Position numbers and translations under genes: made by a program | Notes under the pieces: generated by a model | The model's database searches: none | Seen by the model: the letters and a program-made list of their open reading frames with translations, nothing else | Told to the model about the DNA's origin: nothing | From: Candidatus Daviesbacteria bacterium | GTDB taxonomy: Bacteria > Patescibacteriota > Microgenomatia > Daviesbacterales > UBA10151 | Assembly (NCBI GenBank): GCA_028715175.1 | Contig: JAQUSJ010000001.1 | Location: 472,368 to 536,367, forward strand | DNA: 64,000 nt | Reading direction: 5' to 3' | Shown: positions 1 to 9,141 of the stretch, piece after piece | Layout of the letters: every line of letters starts with the position of its first letter | How positions within the stretch are numbered: the first letter of the stretch is position 1

Positions 1-743
1 ATCCTATAGCTATAGCCTCCAAGGCGTCCCCCTGGAGGCTGCCGGATTACAGGGTAGAGTTAAAGAATATTAACAGCTTTAGATTTATAGTAGCAGCAAT
101 TGAGTATGAAATTAAACGGCAAATTGAAGCTTTGGAAAAGAGAGAGAAACTTACTCAGGAAACCAGAGGTTGGAATGAGGACAAAAAGTGTACGTTTTTG
201 CAAAGAAGCAAAGAAGAAGCTCATGATTACCGCTATTTTCCCGAACCGGACCTGCCGGAACTCCGAATTGAAGAGTCTAGAGTCAAAAGCCTGGAGTCAA
301 GTTTGCCAGAATTGCCTTGGGATAAACTAAAAAGATTTGCGGAGGAATATGGTATTAGTAAAAATGATGCCCAGATTCTTTCTGAGACAAAAGAACTGGC
401 CGAGTTTTTTGAAAGTGCTTTAGAACATGGTAAAAAACATGGTGTTTCTATCAAAGAAGTGGCAAATTATATAGTTAACAGAAAGCCCGACATAAGTTCT
501 GTACTGCCAACACAGATTATAGAGGAATTAAAGGGTAAAAAAGTGGGAATAATAGAGAGCGAGAAAGAACTTGAAAAACTCGCTGAACAAGCTGTCAAAG
601 AAAATGCGAACGCAGTTCTGGATTATAAGAAAGGTAAAGAGGCAGCGCTGCAAGTTTTAATAGGCGGAGTAATGAAATTATCTTTAGGTAAAGCAGACAT
701 TGCTAAATTGAAGCCGATTCTGGAAAAATTACTTAAATCTTAA
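1..743 (+). CDS. gatB: Asp/Glu-tRNA amidotransferase subunit B, 5'-truncated by window edge
   Basis: Frame open from nt 3: LPDYRVELKNINSFRF...QETRGW...RSKEEAHDYRYFPEPDLP, plus Yqey-like C-terminus. Confidence 0.97.
   Translation, partial: PIAIASKASPWRLPDYRVELKNINSFRFIVAAIEYEIKRQIEALEKREKLTQETRGWNEDKKCTFLQRSKEEAHDYRYFPEPDLPELRIEESRVKSLESSLPELPWDKLKRFAEEYGISKNDAQILSETKELAEFFESALEHGKKHGVSIKEVANYIVNRKPDISSVLPTQIIEELKGKKVGIIESEKELEKLAEQAVKENANAVLDYKKGKEAALQVLIGGVMKLSLGKADIAKLKPILEKLLKS
14..40 (-). repeat. Family A palindromic micro-element, in frame in gatB
   Basis: AGCCTCCAAGGCGTCCCCCTGGAGGCT; its reverse complement matches the copies at 4343, 5117, 11945, 39792, 51444 and 53586. Confidence 0.9.
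272..299 (+). repeat. Heptamer tandem micro-array (AGAGTCW x4) in gatB
   Basis: agagtct agagtca aaagcct ggagtca; encodes ESRVKSLES, same peptide as uvrB 32409-32436. Confidence 0.7.
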
Positions 744-801
744 ACTCCCTCTTGAAATAACATCCTAAGGTGCTGGTAAAATGACAATCACAAAGACTAT
801 T

Positions 802-3800
802 ATGCCTAAATTTGTTCACCTTCATGGCCACACCCAATATTCTCTTTTAGACGGACTGTCAAAAGTTCCGAAATTAATTAAGACTGTTAAAGATTTAGGT
901 ATGGAATCAATAGCCATTACGGATCATGGGGTAATGTATGGGGCAATCGAGTTCTACAAAGCTTGCCGGGAAGCCGGGGTAAAACCTATTGTCGGGGTAG
1001 AAATGTATGTTGCCAAAAGATCCCATAAAGACAAAGAAGGAAAACTTGACAGCGAACCGTTTCATTTAACAGTACTGGCTAAAAATTACCAGGGATATCT
1101 TAACTTGATGAAGCTGACAACTATTGCCCATTGTGACGGATACTACTACAGACCAAGGGTGGATAAAGCTTTATTGAAAGAGTTTCACGAAGGATTAATA
1201 GCTTTGTCAGGCTGTCCTGCAGGAGAATTTGTCAGGTCTTTAAATACGAGAGACCCCAAAAAGGCCGAGGAAGTAATCAAAAATTATTTAAGTATATTTG
1301 GCGAAGGTAACTTTTATCTGGAATTGCAAAGTCATCCATATCAGCAGTCTTTGGACGAAGCGGTGGACGATACAGTCAAAAAGGACTTGCAGGAGATACT
1401 GGATATACAAACCCAAACCTGGAGTACGGTAAAGCAGTTATCGAAAAAAATTGGCATACCAATAGTTGGAACCAACGATTACCACTATGTCGCAAAAGAA
1501 GATGCCCAGGCTCAAGATGCATTGCTTTGTGTCCAAACCGGAAAATTACTTAGCGATGTTGTAAGGCTTCGGATGATTGATACCCCGGATTATTTTGTGA
1601 AATCACCGGTTGAGATGGCGGAAAATTTTAAAGATATTCCGGAAGCTCTGGAAAATACTGTAAAAATTGCGAAACTGATTGATTTGGAAATTCCATTGGG
1701 GGTAGCCCGGTTTCCGGTATTTGAAACTCCAAACAAGGCTTCCTCAATGGAGTATTTGCGGGAGATAACATATCAAAAAGCAGCTGAAAAATTGGAATTG
1801 ACAAAAGAAATAAAAGAGCGTTTGGATTTTGAACTTAGCGTGATTGAGAAAAAGAAATATGCGGACTATTTTCTGGTAGTTGCGGATTTTATGGACTGGG
1901 CTCACCAGCGGGGGATTATTACCAACACCAGGGGTTCTGCGGCAGCTTCAATGGTTTTATATTGTTTAGGGGTAACTAACCTAAACCCTTTGGGTTATTT
2001 GCTGCCTTTTGAGCGTTTTTTAACAGTCTATCGGCCTTCTCTGCCGGATATTGATGTTGATATAGCTGATGACCGCCGTGATGAAGTGATAGATTATGTG
2101 ATGAAAAAATATGGTAAAGATCGGGTTGCTCACATTGTGACTTTTGGAACCATGATGGGCCGGGCTGCCATTAGGGATGTGGGCAGGGTTATGGGGATGT
2201 CTTACTCCGATGTAGACAGGATTGCCAAATTAGTTCCGCCCCCCCATCAGGGTTTTCACAAACCTTTAGGGTTGGCAGTTAAAGAAGTGCCGGATTTGCA
2301 GAATTTATATAGAAGCGATCCTCAAATTAAGAAACTTTTGGATTTGGCTGCCAGGATTGAAGGTACTGTGCGTCATGCTTCGGTGCATGCAGCGGGTATT
2401 GTTATTGCCCCGGATGAAATAACCAATTTTACCCCTTTGCAAAAAGAATCCAGCGGAGAAAGACTGGTATCCCAATATGACATGTTTGCGGTAGAAGATG
2501 CAGGTTTGGTGAAAATGGACCTTTTGGGTATCAGAAATTTATCAATTTTGGGTAAAGCCGTTGAATTTGTCAAAGAAAATAGAGGAATAAGCATTGACCT
2601 GGATAAAATCCCCCTGGATTACAAAAAGGCTTTTGAGCTTTTGGCCAAAGGCGAAACCATGGGAGTTTTTCAGCTGGAAGGTTCGGGTATGACCAGATAT
2701 GTAACAGAACTAAAACCAACCAGTATTACCGATATTCAGGCCATGGTGGCTTTATACCGCCCGGGGCCTTTGGGGGTAATCCCGGAATATATTGCCCGGA
2801 AGCATGACCCGAAAAAAGTGAAATTTTTTGACCCCCGGATGAAAGATTATACCGAAGCCTCCTTGGGTTTGCTGGTTTATCAGGACGATGTATTGCTTAC
2901 AGCTATTAACATTGCCGGTTATTCCTGGGAAGAGGCTGATAAGTTCAGGAAAGCCATGGGTAAAAAAATTCCCTCTGAAATGGCCAGGCAAAAAGACAAG
3001 TTTATTGAAGGGTGTATTAAAAACGGCATGAGAGCGGAAAAAGCGGAAGAGTTATTTGCCATGATTGCTCCCTTTGCAGCTTATGGATTTAATAAAGCTC
3101 ATGCGGCCAGTTATGCCATGATTGCTTATCAAACAGCTTACATGAAAGCAAGCTTCCCTGTTGAGTTTATGGCAGCGGTTATGACGGCCGAATCAGGAGA
3201 CAGCGATAAGATTGCTTCGGCGATTGAAGAATGTAAAAGACTTCAGATTGTAGTTTTGCCGCCTGATGTCAATAAATCGGGAATCGGTTTTTCTCTGGAG
3301 AAACTAAAAGAGCTTTCGCAGGCCGATCTGGAGCGAAGCTTGAGTGTTGGAGAAAGCGGTATAAAGCAGGGTATTAGGTTTGGCTTATCAGCTGTGAAAA
3401 ATGTCGGTATTTCTGCGATTGAATCAATCATTCTGGCAAGAGAAGATGGAGAGTTTGTGTCTTTGGCGGATCTTTGTTCACGGGTTGATACCCGTTTGGT
3501 GAATAGAAAAACCCTGGAAAGTTTAATTAAAGCAGGCGCCCTGGATCATTTGGGGAGCCGGGCCGGACAGCTTTTGGTTTTGGACTCTTGTTTGGAGCAG
3601 TCTCATAAGCAAAGTAGGGCAAGATTGTCGGGACAGGTGCTGCTGTTTGACAGCGAAGAGGATCAGGGAGTATTTGCTGTGAAACTGCCGGATGTTGCCG
3701 AGTTGCCTCTTGAACAATTGCTGGTTTTCGAAAAAGATCTTTTGGGTTTTTACCTGCATGAACCCCCTTTTCTTGCAGCACTTCAAAAATTAACCAGGTT

Positions 3801-4344
3801 TGTATCTATCAAACTTTCCGATTTGAGCGAGGAAAGTATCGGGAAAACTTTGAAACTGGGAGGAGTTATTGTTGCGGTTAAAAAAGTATTAACCAAAAAA
3901 GCAAGCAAGGAAATGGCATTTGTTAAAATTTCCGATGGGATTTTTAGTTTAGAAGTGGTAGTTTTTCCCAAAATATTTGAAACAAGCAAAGAATTTTTGG
4001 TTTCGGATCAGGTTGTTTTAATCTCCGGACGTGTTGAGAAAAGAGAAGAGGAGCTTTCTTTAATTGTTGAAAAAATTGCCCCGTTTGATCCGGAGAGCGC
4101 GGGTGATCTGCAGCAAAATAGCTTAATGGTTGAGATTTATATTCCGGCAGGGGCAGATATATCGGTATTACAAAATATAAACAGAACTCTGCGGGGATTT
4201 CCGGGAGGCACGCCGGTTGCGTTATTTTTAAATAGCGACAAGGGTGTAAGACGTATGGATTTGCCGTTTTCTGTTGATCCGCAACCTTTACTCGAGGAAA
4301 AAGTTAAAGAGATTCTAGGCAAAGAGGCTTTTAAAATAGTCTAG
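802..4344 (+). CDS. dnaE: DNA polymerase III alpha subunit
   Basis: PHP motifs FVHLHGHTQYSLLDG and AITDHG; PDIDVD; YGFNKAHA; OB fold. Start 802 preferred over 781. Confidence 0.98.
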   Translation: MPKFVHLHGHTQYSLLDGLSKVPKLIKTVKDLGMESIAITDHGVMYGAIEFYKACREAGVKPIVGVEMYVAKRSHKDKEGKLDSEPFHLTVLAKNYQGYLNLMKLTTIAHCDGYYYRPRVDKALLKEFHEGLIALSGCPAGEFVRSLNTRDPKKAEEVIKNYLSIFGEGNFYLELQSHPYQQSLDEAVDDTVKKDLQEILDIQTQTWSTVKQLSKKIGIPIVGTNDYHYVAKEDAQAQDALLCVQTGKLLSDVVRLRMIDTPDYFVKSPVEMAENFKDIPEALENTVKIAKLIDLEIPLGVARFPVFETPNKASSMEYLREITYQKAAEKLELTKEIKERLDFELSVIEKKKYADYFLVVADFMDWAHQRGIITNTRGSAAASMVLYCLGVTNLNPLGYLLPFERFLTVYRPSLPDIDVDIADDRRDEVIDYVMKKYGKDRVAHIVTFGTMMGRAAIRDVGRVMGMSYSDVDRIAKLVPPPHQGFHKPLGLAVKEVPDLQNLYRSDPQIKKLLDLAARIEGTVRHASVHAAGIVIAPDEITNFTPLQKESSGERLVSQYDMFAVEDAGLVKMDLLGIRNLSILGKAVEFVKENRGISIDLDKIPLDYKKAFELLAKGETMGVFQLEGSGMTRYVTELKPTSITDIQAMVALYRPGPLGVIPEYIARKHDPKKVKFFDPRMKDYTEASLGLLVYQDDVLLTAINIAGYSWEEADKFRKAMGKKIPSEMARQKDKFIEGCIKNGMRAEKAEELFAMIAPFAAYGFNKAHAASYAMIAYQTAYMKASFPVEFMAAVMTAESGDSDKIASAIEECKRLQIVVLPPDVNKSGIGFSLEKLKELSQADLERSLSVGESGIKQGIRFGLSAVKNVGISAIESIILAREDGEFVSLADLCSRVDTRLVNRKTLESLIKAGALDHLGSRAGQLLVLDSCLEQSHKQSRARLSGQVLLFDSEEDQGVFAVKLPDVAELPLEQLLVFEKDLLGFYLHEPPFLAALQKLTRFVSIKLSDLSEESIGKTLKLGGVIVAVKKVLTKKASKEMAFVKISDGIFSLEVVVFPKIFETSKEFLVSDQVVLISGRVEKREEELSLIVEKIAPFDPESAGDLQQNSLMVEIYIPAGADISVLQNINRTLRGFPGGTPVALFLNSDKGVRRMDLPFSVDPQPLLEEKVKEILGKEAFKIV

Positions 4345-4370
4345 CCTCCAGGGGGACGCCTTGCAAGGCT
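4343..4370 (+). repeat. Family A element overlapping dnaE stop codon
   Basis: AGCCTCCAGGGGGACGCCTTGCAAGGCT. Confidence 0.9.
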
Positions 4371-4418
4371 AAGCGGGTGCAGGTTGCCAGCAGGCTTAGA
4401 TTATGTTAGTATTCCTTA

Positions 4419-4733
4419 ATGATTTCAGTGAAAGTTGACGAGCAAAACATACATATTGGAGATACTGTAAGAGTACATAGTAAGGTGGTAGAAGGAACAA
4501 AAAGCAGAGTGCAGATTTTCGAAGGAATTTTAATCAGGCTTCGGGGCCGGGATGTTAATAAAACTTTCACTGTCCGTAAAATTGGAGCAGGAGGGATTGG
4601 GATTGAAAGAACCTGGCCACTGGATTCAAATTCTATTGTTAAAATTGAAGTTAAAAAAAAGGCCGGAAAAGTTAGAAGATCAAAGCTTTATTTTTTAAGA
4701 GGATTGACCGGTAAAAGCGCTGTAAGAGTTTAA
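4419..4733 (+). CDS. rplS: 50S ribosomal protein L19
   Basis: GDTVRVH...RVQIFEG...TFTVRKI...GIERTWP...[10 protein letters not shown]. Confidence 0.97.
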   Translation: MISVKVDEQNIHIGDTVRVHSKVVEGTKSRVQIFEGILIRLRGRDVNKTFTVRKIGAGGIGIERTWPLDSNSIVKIEVKKKAGKVRRSKLYFLRGLTGKSAVRV

Positions 4734-4752
4734 TCATTCTTCCAATAATTCA

Positions 4753-5112
4753 ATGTCCAATACCGATATCGGAAATAAAGGAGAAGAACTGGCGTGCAAG
4801 TATCTTAAGAAACTGGGGTATAGAATTCTTGAAAGGAACTTTCGGATCAGGGGTGGGGAAATAGATATTGTAGCCAAAGATAGGGATACTTTGGTGTTTG
4901 CGGAGGTAAAAACCCGATACTCTCATGAGTTTGGTTTACCTTGTGAGTCCATGACGCCATGGAAAATTCGCTCACTTTTAAAAACTGCCAGATTTTATAT
5001 CCAAAAAATCAGCTGGGGTAATAGGGAATACAGGTTGGATTTTGTGGGGGTGGATTTTGCTGAGTCCGGGGATAATCCCAAAATAGAACTAATTAAGAAT
5101 ATCATCTTATAG
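4753..5112 (+). CDS. yraN: YraN/UPF0102 family endonuclease-like protein
   Basis: GEELACKYL...ILERNFR...GEIDIVA...FAEVKTR. Confidence 0.93.
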   Translation: MSNTDIGNKGEELACKYLKKLGYRILERNFRIRGGEIDIVAKDRDTLVFAEVKTRYSHEFGLPCESMTPWKIRSLLKTARFYIQKISWGNREYRLDFVGVDFAESGDNPKIELIKNIIL

Positions 5113-5116
5113 TATT

Positions 5117-5144
5117 ACGCTCCAGGGAAACGCCTTGCGAAGCT
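5117..5144 (+). repeat. Family A element between convergent genes
   Basis: ACGCTCCAGGGAAACGCCTTGCGAAGCT. Confidence 0.85.
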
Positions 5145-5149
5145 GCTCC

Positions 5150-6031
5150 TTATTTTTCCGCTACCACAAAGGGGATTTCTTCCCAGTCTTTAACTTTTCT
5201 AATTTTTTTATTAATTTCCCAAACTGTTTCCAAAAGTTTTGGATCAAGTTTTAAACTCTTAGCCCGGCCAATTAAGGCAACGATATCTTTAGGAAAACAT
5301 TTCCCCCCAAACCCTTTGGATGTAGTTACATCCAGGTGTGAGTTAAAAATCCGGCGGTCTGCCACAACAATGCTTTTAACTTCTTCATATTTAATACCTA
5401 AAGCCTGGCATAAATCATACATCTGATTGGCAAAAATTACCTTGGTGGCCAAAAAAGCATTAGCCATATATTTGACCATTTCGGCAGTTGTAGTATCTGT
5501 TTGGAAAACCTTGGTTTTCGGGAATCTTTGTCTGTATAAAGAGATCAATCTTCGGGAAACCGTATCGTTATTCGCTCCTACAACATTGCGGTCTGATTTT
5601 ATAAAATCCTCTAAATAATTTGCCTCTGTTAAAAATTCCGGGTTCATGGCAAAGTTGCTTTTTGGGTATTTTTTTTCTAAAGCAACAGTGGTGCCCGGTA
5701 CAACAGTTGATTTAATCACAATGATTTTGTCGGTATTGTCGGTATATTGGGTAATCTCTTTAATGTTTTCTTCGATGATGGAAAGGTCAATCCCCGACTC
5801 GTCTTCTTTCATCGGCGTGGGTAAACAAATAAAAATAAACTCGCTTGATGCAACTACGCTTTCTAAAGACTCGGTGTTTTTGTATTTGTCATAAAATCTA
5901 ATTTCATATTTATCTTTTATCTCCGGTTGGGAAAAGCCGTATGCCAGGGCCTGACCGACTATTCCGTAACCGATAATTCCAAGTTTGGCGGGGTTGATTA
6001 GTTCTGCGGAGTCCTCTTGTTGCTTATTCAT
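5150..6031 (-). CDS. UDP-glucose/GDP-mannose dehydrogenase family protein (short form)
   Basis: GIIGYGIVG, ICLPTP, IKSTVVPGT, NPEFLTE, GFGGKCFPKD. Start ATG 6031 avoids overlap with the NUDIX gene. Confidence 0.92.
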   Translation of the reverse strand: MNKQQEDSAELINPAKLGIIGYGIVGQALAYGFSQPEIKDKYEIRFYDKYKNTESLESVVASSEFIFICLPTPMKEDESGIDLSIIEENIKEITQYTDNTDKIIVIKSTVVPGTTVALEKKYPKSNFAMNPEFLTEANYLEDFIKSDRNVVGANNDTVSRRLISLYRQRFPKTKVFQTDTTTAEMVKYMANAFLATKVIFANQMYDLCQALGIKYEEVKSIVVADRRIFNSHLDVTTSKGFGGKCFPKDIVALIGRAKSLKLDPKLLETVWEINKKIRKVKDWEEIPFVVAEK

Positions 6032-6061
6032 GCAAAAAAAGTATAGCATAAAGAGTAAAGC

Positions 6062-6466
6062 ATGGGTATTATTAAAAAGGTAGCTTTGGCAGCGTTCAAA
6101 GACAAGAAGCTGCTGCAGGTAAGAACACACAAAGAAAGTCATGTGTTCTTTACGCTTGGCGGTAAACCGGAAAAGGGTGAGTGTGAAATTGAATGTTTAA
6201 AAAGAGAGGTTAAAGAAGAAATCGGGTGTGGGTTGGATGAGTCGTCAATAAAGTTTTTGACAGAATTTGAAGATGTGGCACACGGTAAAGATGGCGTTTT
6301 TGTAAACATCAAAATGTATGAAGGGAATTTAATCGGCAGTCCTAAACCCTCCTCAGAGGTGGTGGAAATTGGCTATTTTGATACCCGCTCGGATAAGAAA
6401 AATCTTTCAACAATTGCCCAACGAACAATTTTCCCCTGGCTCAAGGCTCATGGGTATATAAACTAG
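6062..6466 (+). CDS. NUDIX hydrolase
   Basis: Nudix box GGKPEKGECEIECLKREVKEEIG. Confidence 0.92.
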   Translation: MGIIKKVALAAFKDKKLLQVRTHKESHVFFTLGGKPEKGECEIECLKREVKEEIGCGLDESSIKFLTEFEDVAHGKDGVFVNIKMYEGNLIGSPKPSSEVVEIGYFDTRSDKKNLSTIAQRTIFPWLKAHGYIN

Positions 6467-6504
6467 GCATTGACAGGCACGAAATCTTATAATAATATCT
6501 GGAC

Positions 6505-6897
6505 ATGAGTAGCAGAGGTGAAGTCTATAGAGCTTTAGTTGAATCAACTGTAGCCCAGTTAATGGGAGCCCGTGTTCCTGATGTTACTGTTGTGGAGCAA
6601 CAAATAGAACGAGGTCATGTGGTTTCTGGAAATTGGTTAGGAGGAGTTACTAGGAACACACCTATGCCAGAAAGCTTGGTGAGGCGACTTGTTACTCAAA
6701 TAGAACCAAGAGTAAAAGCGGCTTTTGCAGATATGTCTGAGTGTACTCTCTCTATTCGTATATCGGAAGGATGGAAACCTCCTATAATTGATTCAGTAGT
6801 TCCTGATTTGCGGATAAGATGGCGCTTGCGACGTCTAAAGGAGCCTACTTTGTATCAACATGTAACTGGTCGATATGCAACTCAGCCGCTTGACTAA
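6505..6897 (+). CDS. Orphan hypothetical protein with its own sigma70 promoter
   Basis: 130-aa ORF; TTGACA...TATAAT immediately upstream (6470-6493). Confidence 0.65.
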   Translation: MSSRGEVYRALVESTVAQLMGARVPDVTVVEQQIERGHVVSGNWLGGVTRNTPMPESLVRRLVTQIEPRVKAAFADMSECTLSIRISEGWKPPIIDSVVPDLRIRWRLRRLKEPTLYQHVTGRYATQPLD

Positions 6898-6949
6898 GCA
6901 GTATTACACTTGAGAGTAATATTCAATTCCAGTATAATCTAAACAGTTT

Positions 6950-7023
6950 GCCGCGTTCGTCTAGTGGCCTAGGACGTTGGGTTTTCATCCCAGAAATCAC
7001 GGGTTCGACTCCCGTACGCGGTA
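6950..7023 (+). tRNA. tRNA-Glu(TTC)
   Basis: Acceptor GCCGCGT/ACGCGGT, D arm CTAGTGGCCTAGG, anticodon loop TTTTCAT, T arm GGTTCGACTCC. Confidence 0.95.
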
Positions 7024-7100
7024 CTAGCTCCAAAATTTAATCCTTGCGATTAAATTTCTGGAGATACTACTTCGTTAGAGTGAATCCTAGCTCGAAGAGC

Positions 7101-7153
7101 GGTTCGCCATCCGCCTTTGGCGGATGATCTGCGTTCTCCCGTACGCGGTACCA
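7101..7153 (+). pseudogene. Duplicate tRNA-Glu 3' end interrupted by a palindrome
   Basis: GGTTCG-[CCATCCGCCTTTGGCGGATG...]-CTCCCGTACGCGGTACCA; 16 nt identical to the tRNA 3' end, then CA completing CCA. Confidence 0.8.
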
Positions 7154-7163
7154 GAATTACAGA

Positions 7164-7742
7164 TTAGATTGTTATACCAAGCTTTTTAAGCTTTTCTTTT
7201 AAATCTTGTGGGTTATTAAACAGAATACCCTTCATACCTACGTTTACAGCGCCTGTGATATTGCTTTCTCTGTCATCGATAAATACTGCCTCTTGTGGTT
7301 TAACTCCCAACATCTCAGCTATTAATTGATACATTTTTGGATCAGGCTTTATCATCTTGTGTTCTGTAGAGACAATCATTGCATCAAAAACTTCTTTTAT
7401 ATTAAATTTTTTTAAAAGAATCTTAAGCCACTCTGATATAAAGTTTGATAAAAGACCAATCTTGTAATTCCTCTTTAATTTTTTCATTAACTTATAAACT
7501 TCTTTATTTAAAACAAAAGTGCTAAGAATTTCTTTTTTCACTTGTTTTGCTTCCTTGCCTGATTCTTTTGCAAGGTAATTTAAAAATTGATCGGGAGAAA
7601 TACTGCTGCTGTCAACTTTATAGGAAATATCATGGAAGAAATCTCTCCTTTTTTCAAGATTAGGGATATTTTTATGCAACCAAAGCCAATATGCCTCTGT
7701 CATAATAACTCCTGCGTTATCAAAAATAATGGCTTTAATCAT
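7164..7742 (-). CDS. HAD-superfamily phosphatase
   Basis: IIFDNAGV, LLSN, KPDPKMY, FIDDRESN. Confidence 0.93.
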   Translation of the reverse strand: MIKAIIFDNAGVIMTEAYWLWLHKNIPNLEKRRDFFHDISYKVDSSSISPDQFLNYLAKESGKEAKQVKKEILSTFVLNKEVYKLMKKLKRNYKIGLLSNFISEWLKILLKKFNIKEVFDAMIVSTEHKMIKPDPKMYQLIAEMLGVKPQEAVFIDDRESNITGAVNVGMKGILFNNPQDLKEKLKKLGITI

Positions 7743-7856
7743 TGGGGTAAATATATCACGATTCTAATCCCTAATGGTAGTTATATGCTAGATTTGAAGT
7801 GAAGCTGTACTTGAGTAAAGCATCCCATGCCTGAAGTGTACCTAGAAGCTGGTTCT

Positions 7857-7875
7857 CCTTCGACAAGCTCAGGAC
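7857..7875 (+). repeat. Family C element CCTTCGACAAGCTCAGGAC
   Basis: Near-identical to 35117-35135 inside uvrA; related to 30462-30481. Confidence 0.8.
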
Positions 7876-7955
7876 TATAGCAATTCTGAAACACTTGGGG
7901 TACTTATGAGCCCTATAGTTTGCAATTATTTTTCCATTTATAGTATAATTCCTTA

Positions 7956-8645
7956 ATGGCAAATTGCGAACAACAAACAGGCTTTTATGGGTTGGTTTCC
8001 AGAGTTAAAAGCGTGAATTGTAGATGTGGGCCAGGGATAAAATTTAATGATGTTAATCTAGCTAGATGGTATCCTCTAGATGTGCTTTGGAAAATGTTGA
8101 AATCAACAGGCAGGGGTGGAGATATGAGGGATATAGGTGGAACTGCTGTTCATCATGTGATTTATGATGATCAAATTAATGAGGGGGATATCAAATGGTT
8201 AAGTTCCCAATCAAAGTTTGGTTTGGAAAGATTTTTCAATAATTTAATTATTGCAGATGAAACAAGAGTTTTAGAAGTCATAAGGAATGATAGTTTTGCA
8301 TTAGAAAAGCCAGAGAATAAATTACACACATTAACTAGACGTTTGTCAGATTTGTTAGAAGTATTACCACATGGTTTATCAGCTGGATTACTGCTGGCAG
8401 TTGCAAACCCTTATTTTAGGAAGGTAGAGACAATGGATATTTCACAAGCACAGAAGACTCTAAATTATGCTAGAGATGCATTTGTTTTTCTTCCACCAGA
8501 CGCAAGACTTGATATTTTTGGCGAAATGGTTCAACTTTCCCCAGGTCCAAATGGTACTGCACGAAAGTTCTTGAGGTCAGTTGCTTTGAGTAATGGAGAT
8601 GCAGCAATTCCTTATAATGAACTGTTGCAATTAGTAGGAACTTAA
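7956..8645 (+). CDS. Orphan hypothetical protein
   Basis: 229-aa ORF; TTGCAA...TATAAT directly before the ATG. Confidence 0.7.
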   Translation: MANCEQQTGFYGLVSRVKSVNCRCGPGIKFNDVNLARWYPLDVLWKMLKSTGRGGDMRDIGGTAVHHVIYDDQINEGDIKWLSSQSKFGLERFFNNLIIADETRVLEVIRNDSFALEKPENKLHTLTRRLSDLLEVLPHGLSAGLLLAVANPYFRKVETMDISQAQKTLNYARDAFVFLPPDARLDIFGEMVQLSPGPNGTARKFLRSVALSNGDAAIPYNELLQLVGT

Positions 8646-8710
8646 ATGGCGAAAAAGCCTCTTAAGAAAAATTGAAGAAGTTAATGGCACGGAGCCACTA
8701 TTTCTTTTTG

Positions 8711-8782
8711 TGATCCGGCAGGGATTCGAACCCTGGACCAAGAGCTTAAAAGGCTCCTGCTCTACCGCTGAGCTACCGGACC
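8711..8782 (-). tRNA. tRNA-Lys(TTT)
   Basis: GGTCCGGTAGCTCAGCGGTAGAGCAGGAGCCTTTTAAGCTCTTGGTCCAGGGTTCGAATCCCTGCCGGATCA. Confidence 0.96.
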
Positions 8783-9030
8783 AAGATATTTTTTAACCAA
8801 TCTCGACCTATATGTGACTTTAGGTACTTTTCTCTTTTTAATGCTTCTTGTCTCGTATTGTACTCTTCCTTATAAACTACATTCCATGGGCCCTTATTTA
8901 TTTTAGTATAGCTTTTAATTTTACTAGGTAACAAACCATTATGTCTTGCTAGTCTACTTTCTAAATTCCCTGTTTGCCCAATGTATATTTTACCAGTTGT
9001 TTTACTCTTAATTACATAAACACTGTACAT
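8773..9030 (-). CDS. Small stand-alone GIY-YIG nuclease
   Basis: YSVYVIKS...KIYIGQT.NLESRLARHN...YTK...GPW...EALKREKYLKS; stop codon lies inside tRNA-Lys. Confidence 0.93.
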   Translation of the reverse strand: MYSVYVIKSKTTGKIYIGQTGNLESRLARHNGLLPSKIKSYTKINKGPWNVVYKEEYNTRQEALKREKYLKSHIGRDWLKNILVR

Positions 9031-9041
9031 AAACTAATAGA

Positions 9042-9094
9042 ACCAATAGCTTAAAAGTCCGGCTGCGCCGGATCTACCGCTGAGCTACCGGACC
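9042..9094 (-). pseudogene. Duplicate 5' portion of tRNA-Lys(TTT) interrupted by a palindrome
   Basis: 22 bp identical to the tRNA 5' end, then TCCGGCGCAGCCGGA replacing GCAGGAGC, then CTTTTAAGCTATTGGT. Confidence 0.88.
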
Positions 9095-9141
9095 TCGAAT
9101 GTATTGTACTAAATTTAAGCTGGATTTGCTATGATTTATCT

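Noticed and set aside
802-4344. Intein or intron in dnaE
   Set aside because: Normal length and no splicing motifs. The short insert near 3300-3360 has only a weak hairpin and was not assigned to a family.
6032-6142. N-terminal extension of the UDP-glucose dehydrogenase-like ORF
   Set aside because: It overlaps the divergent NUDIX gene; ATG 6031 fits better.
7771-7962. 63-aa ORF between the HAD gene and the orphan
   Set aside because: It spans a promoter and a family C element (LSLSK is the repeat's translation); likely spurious.
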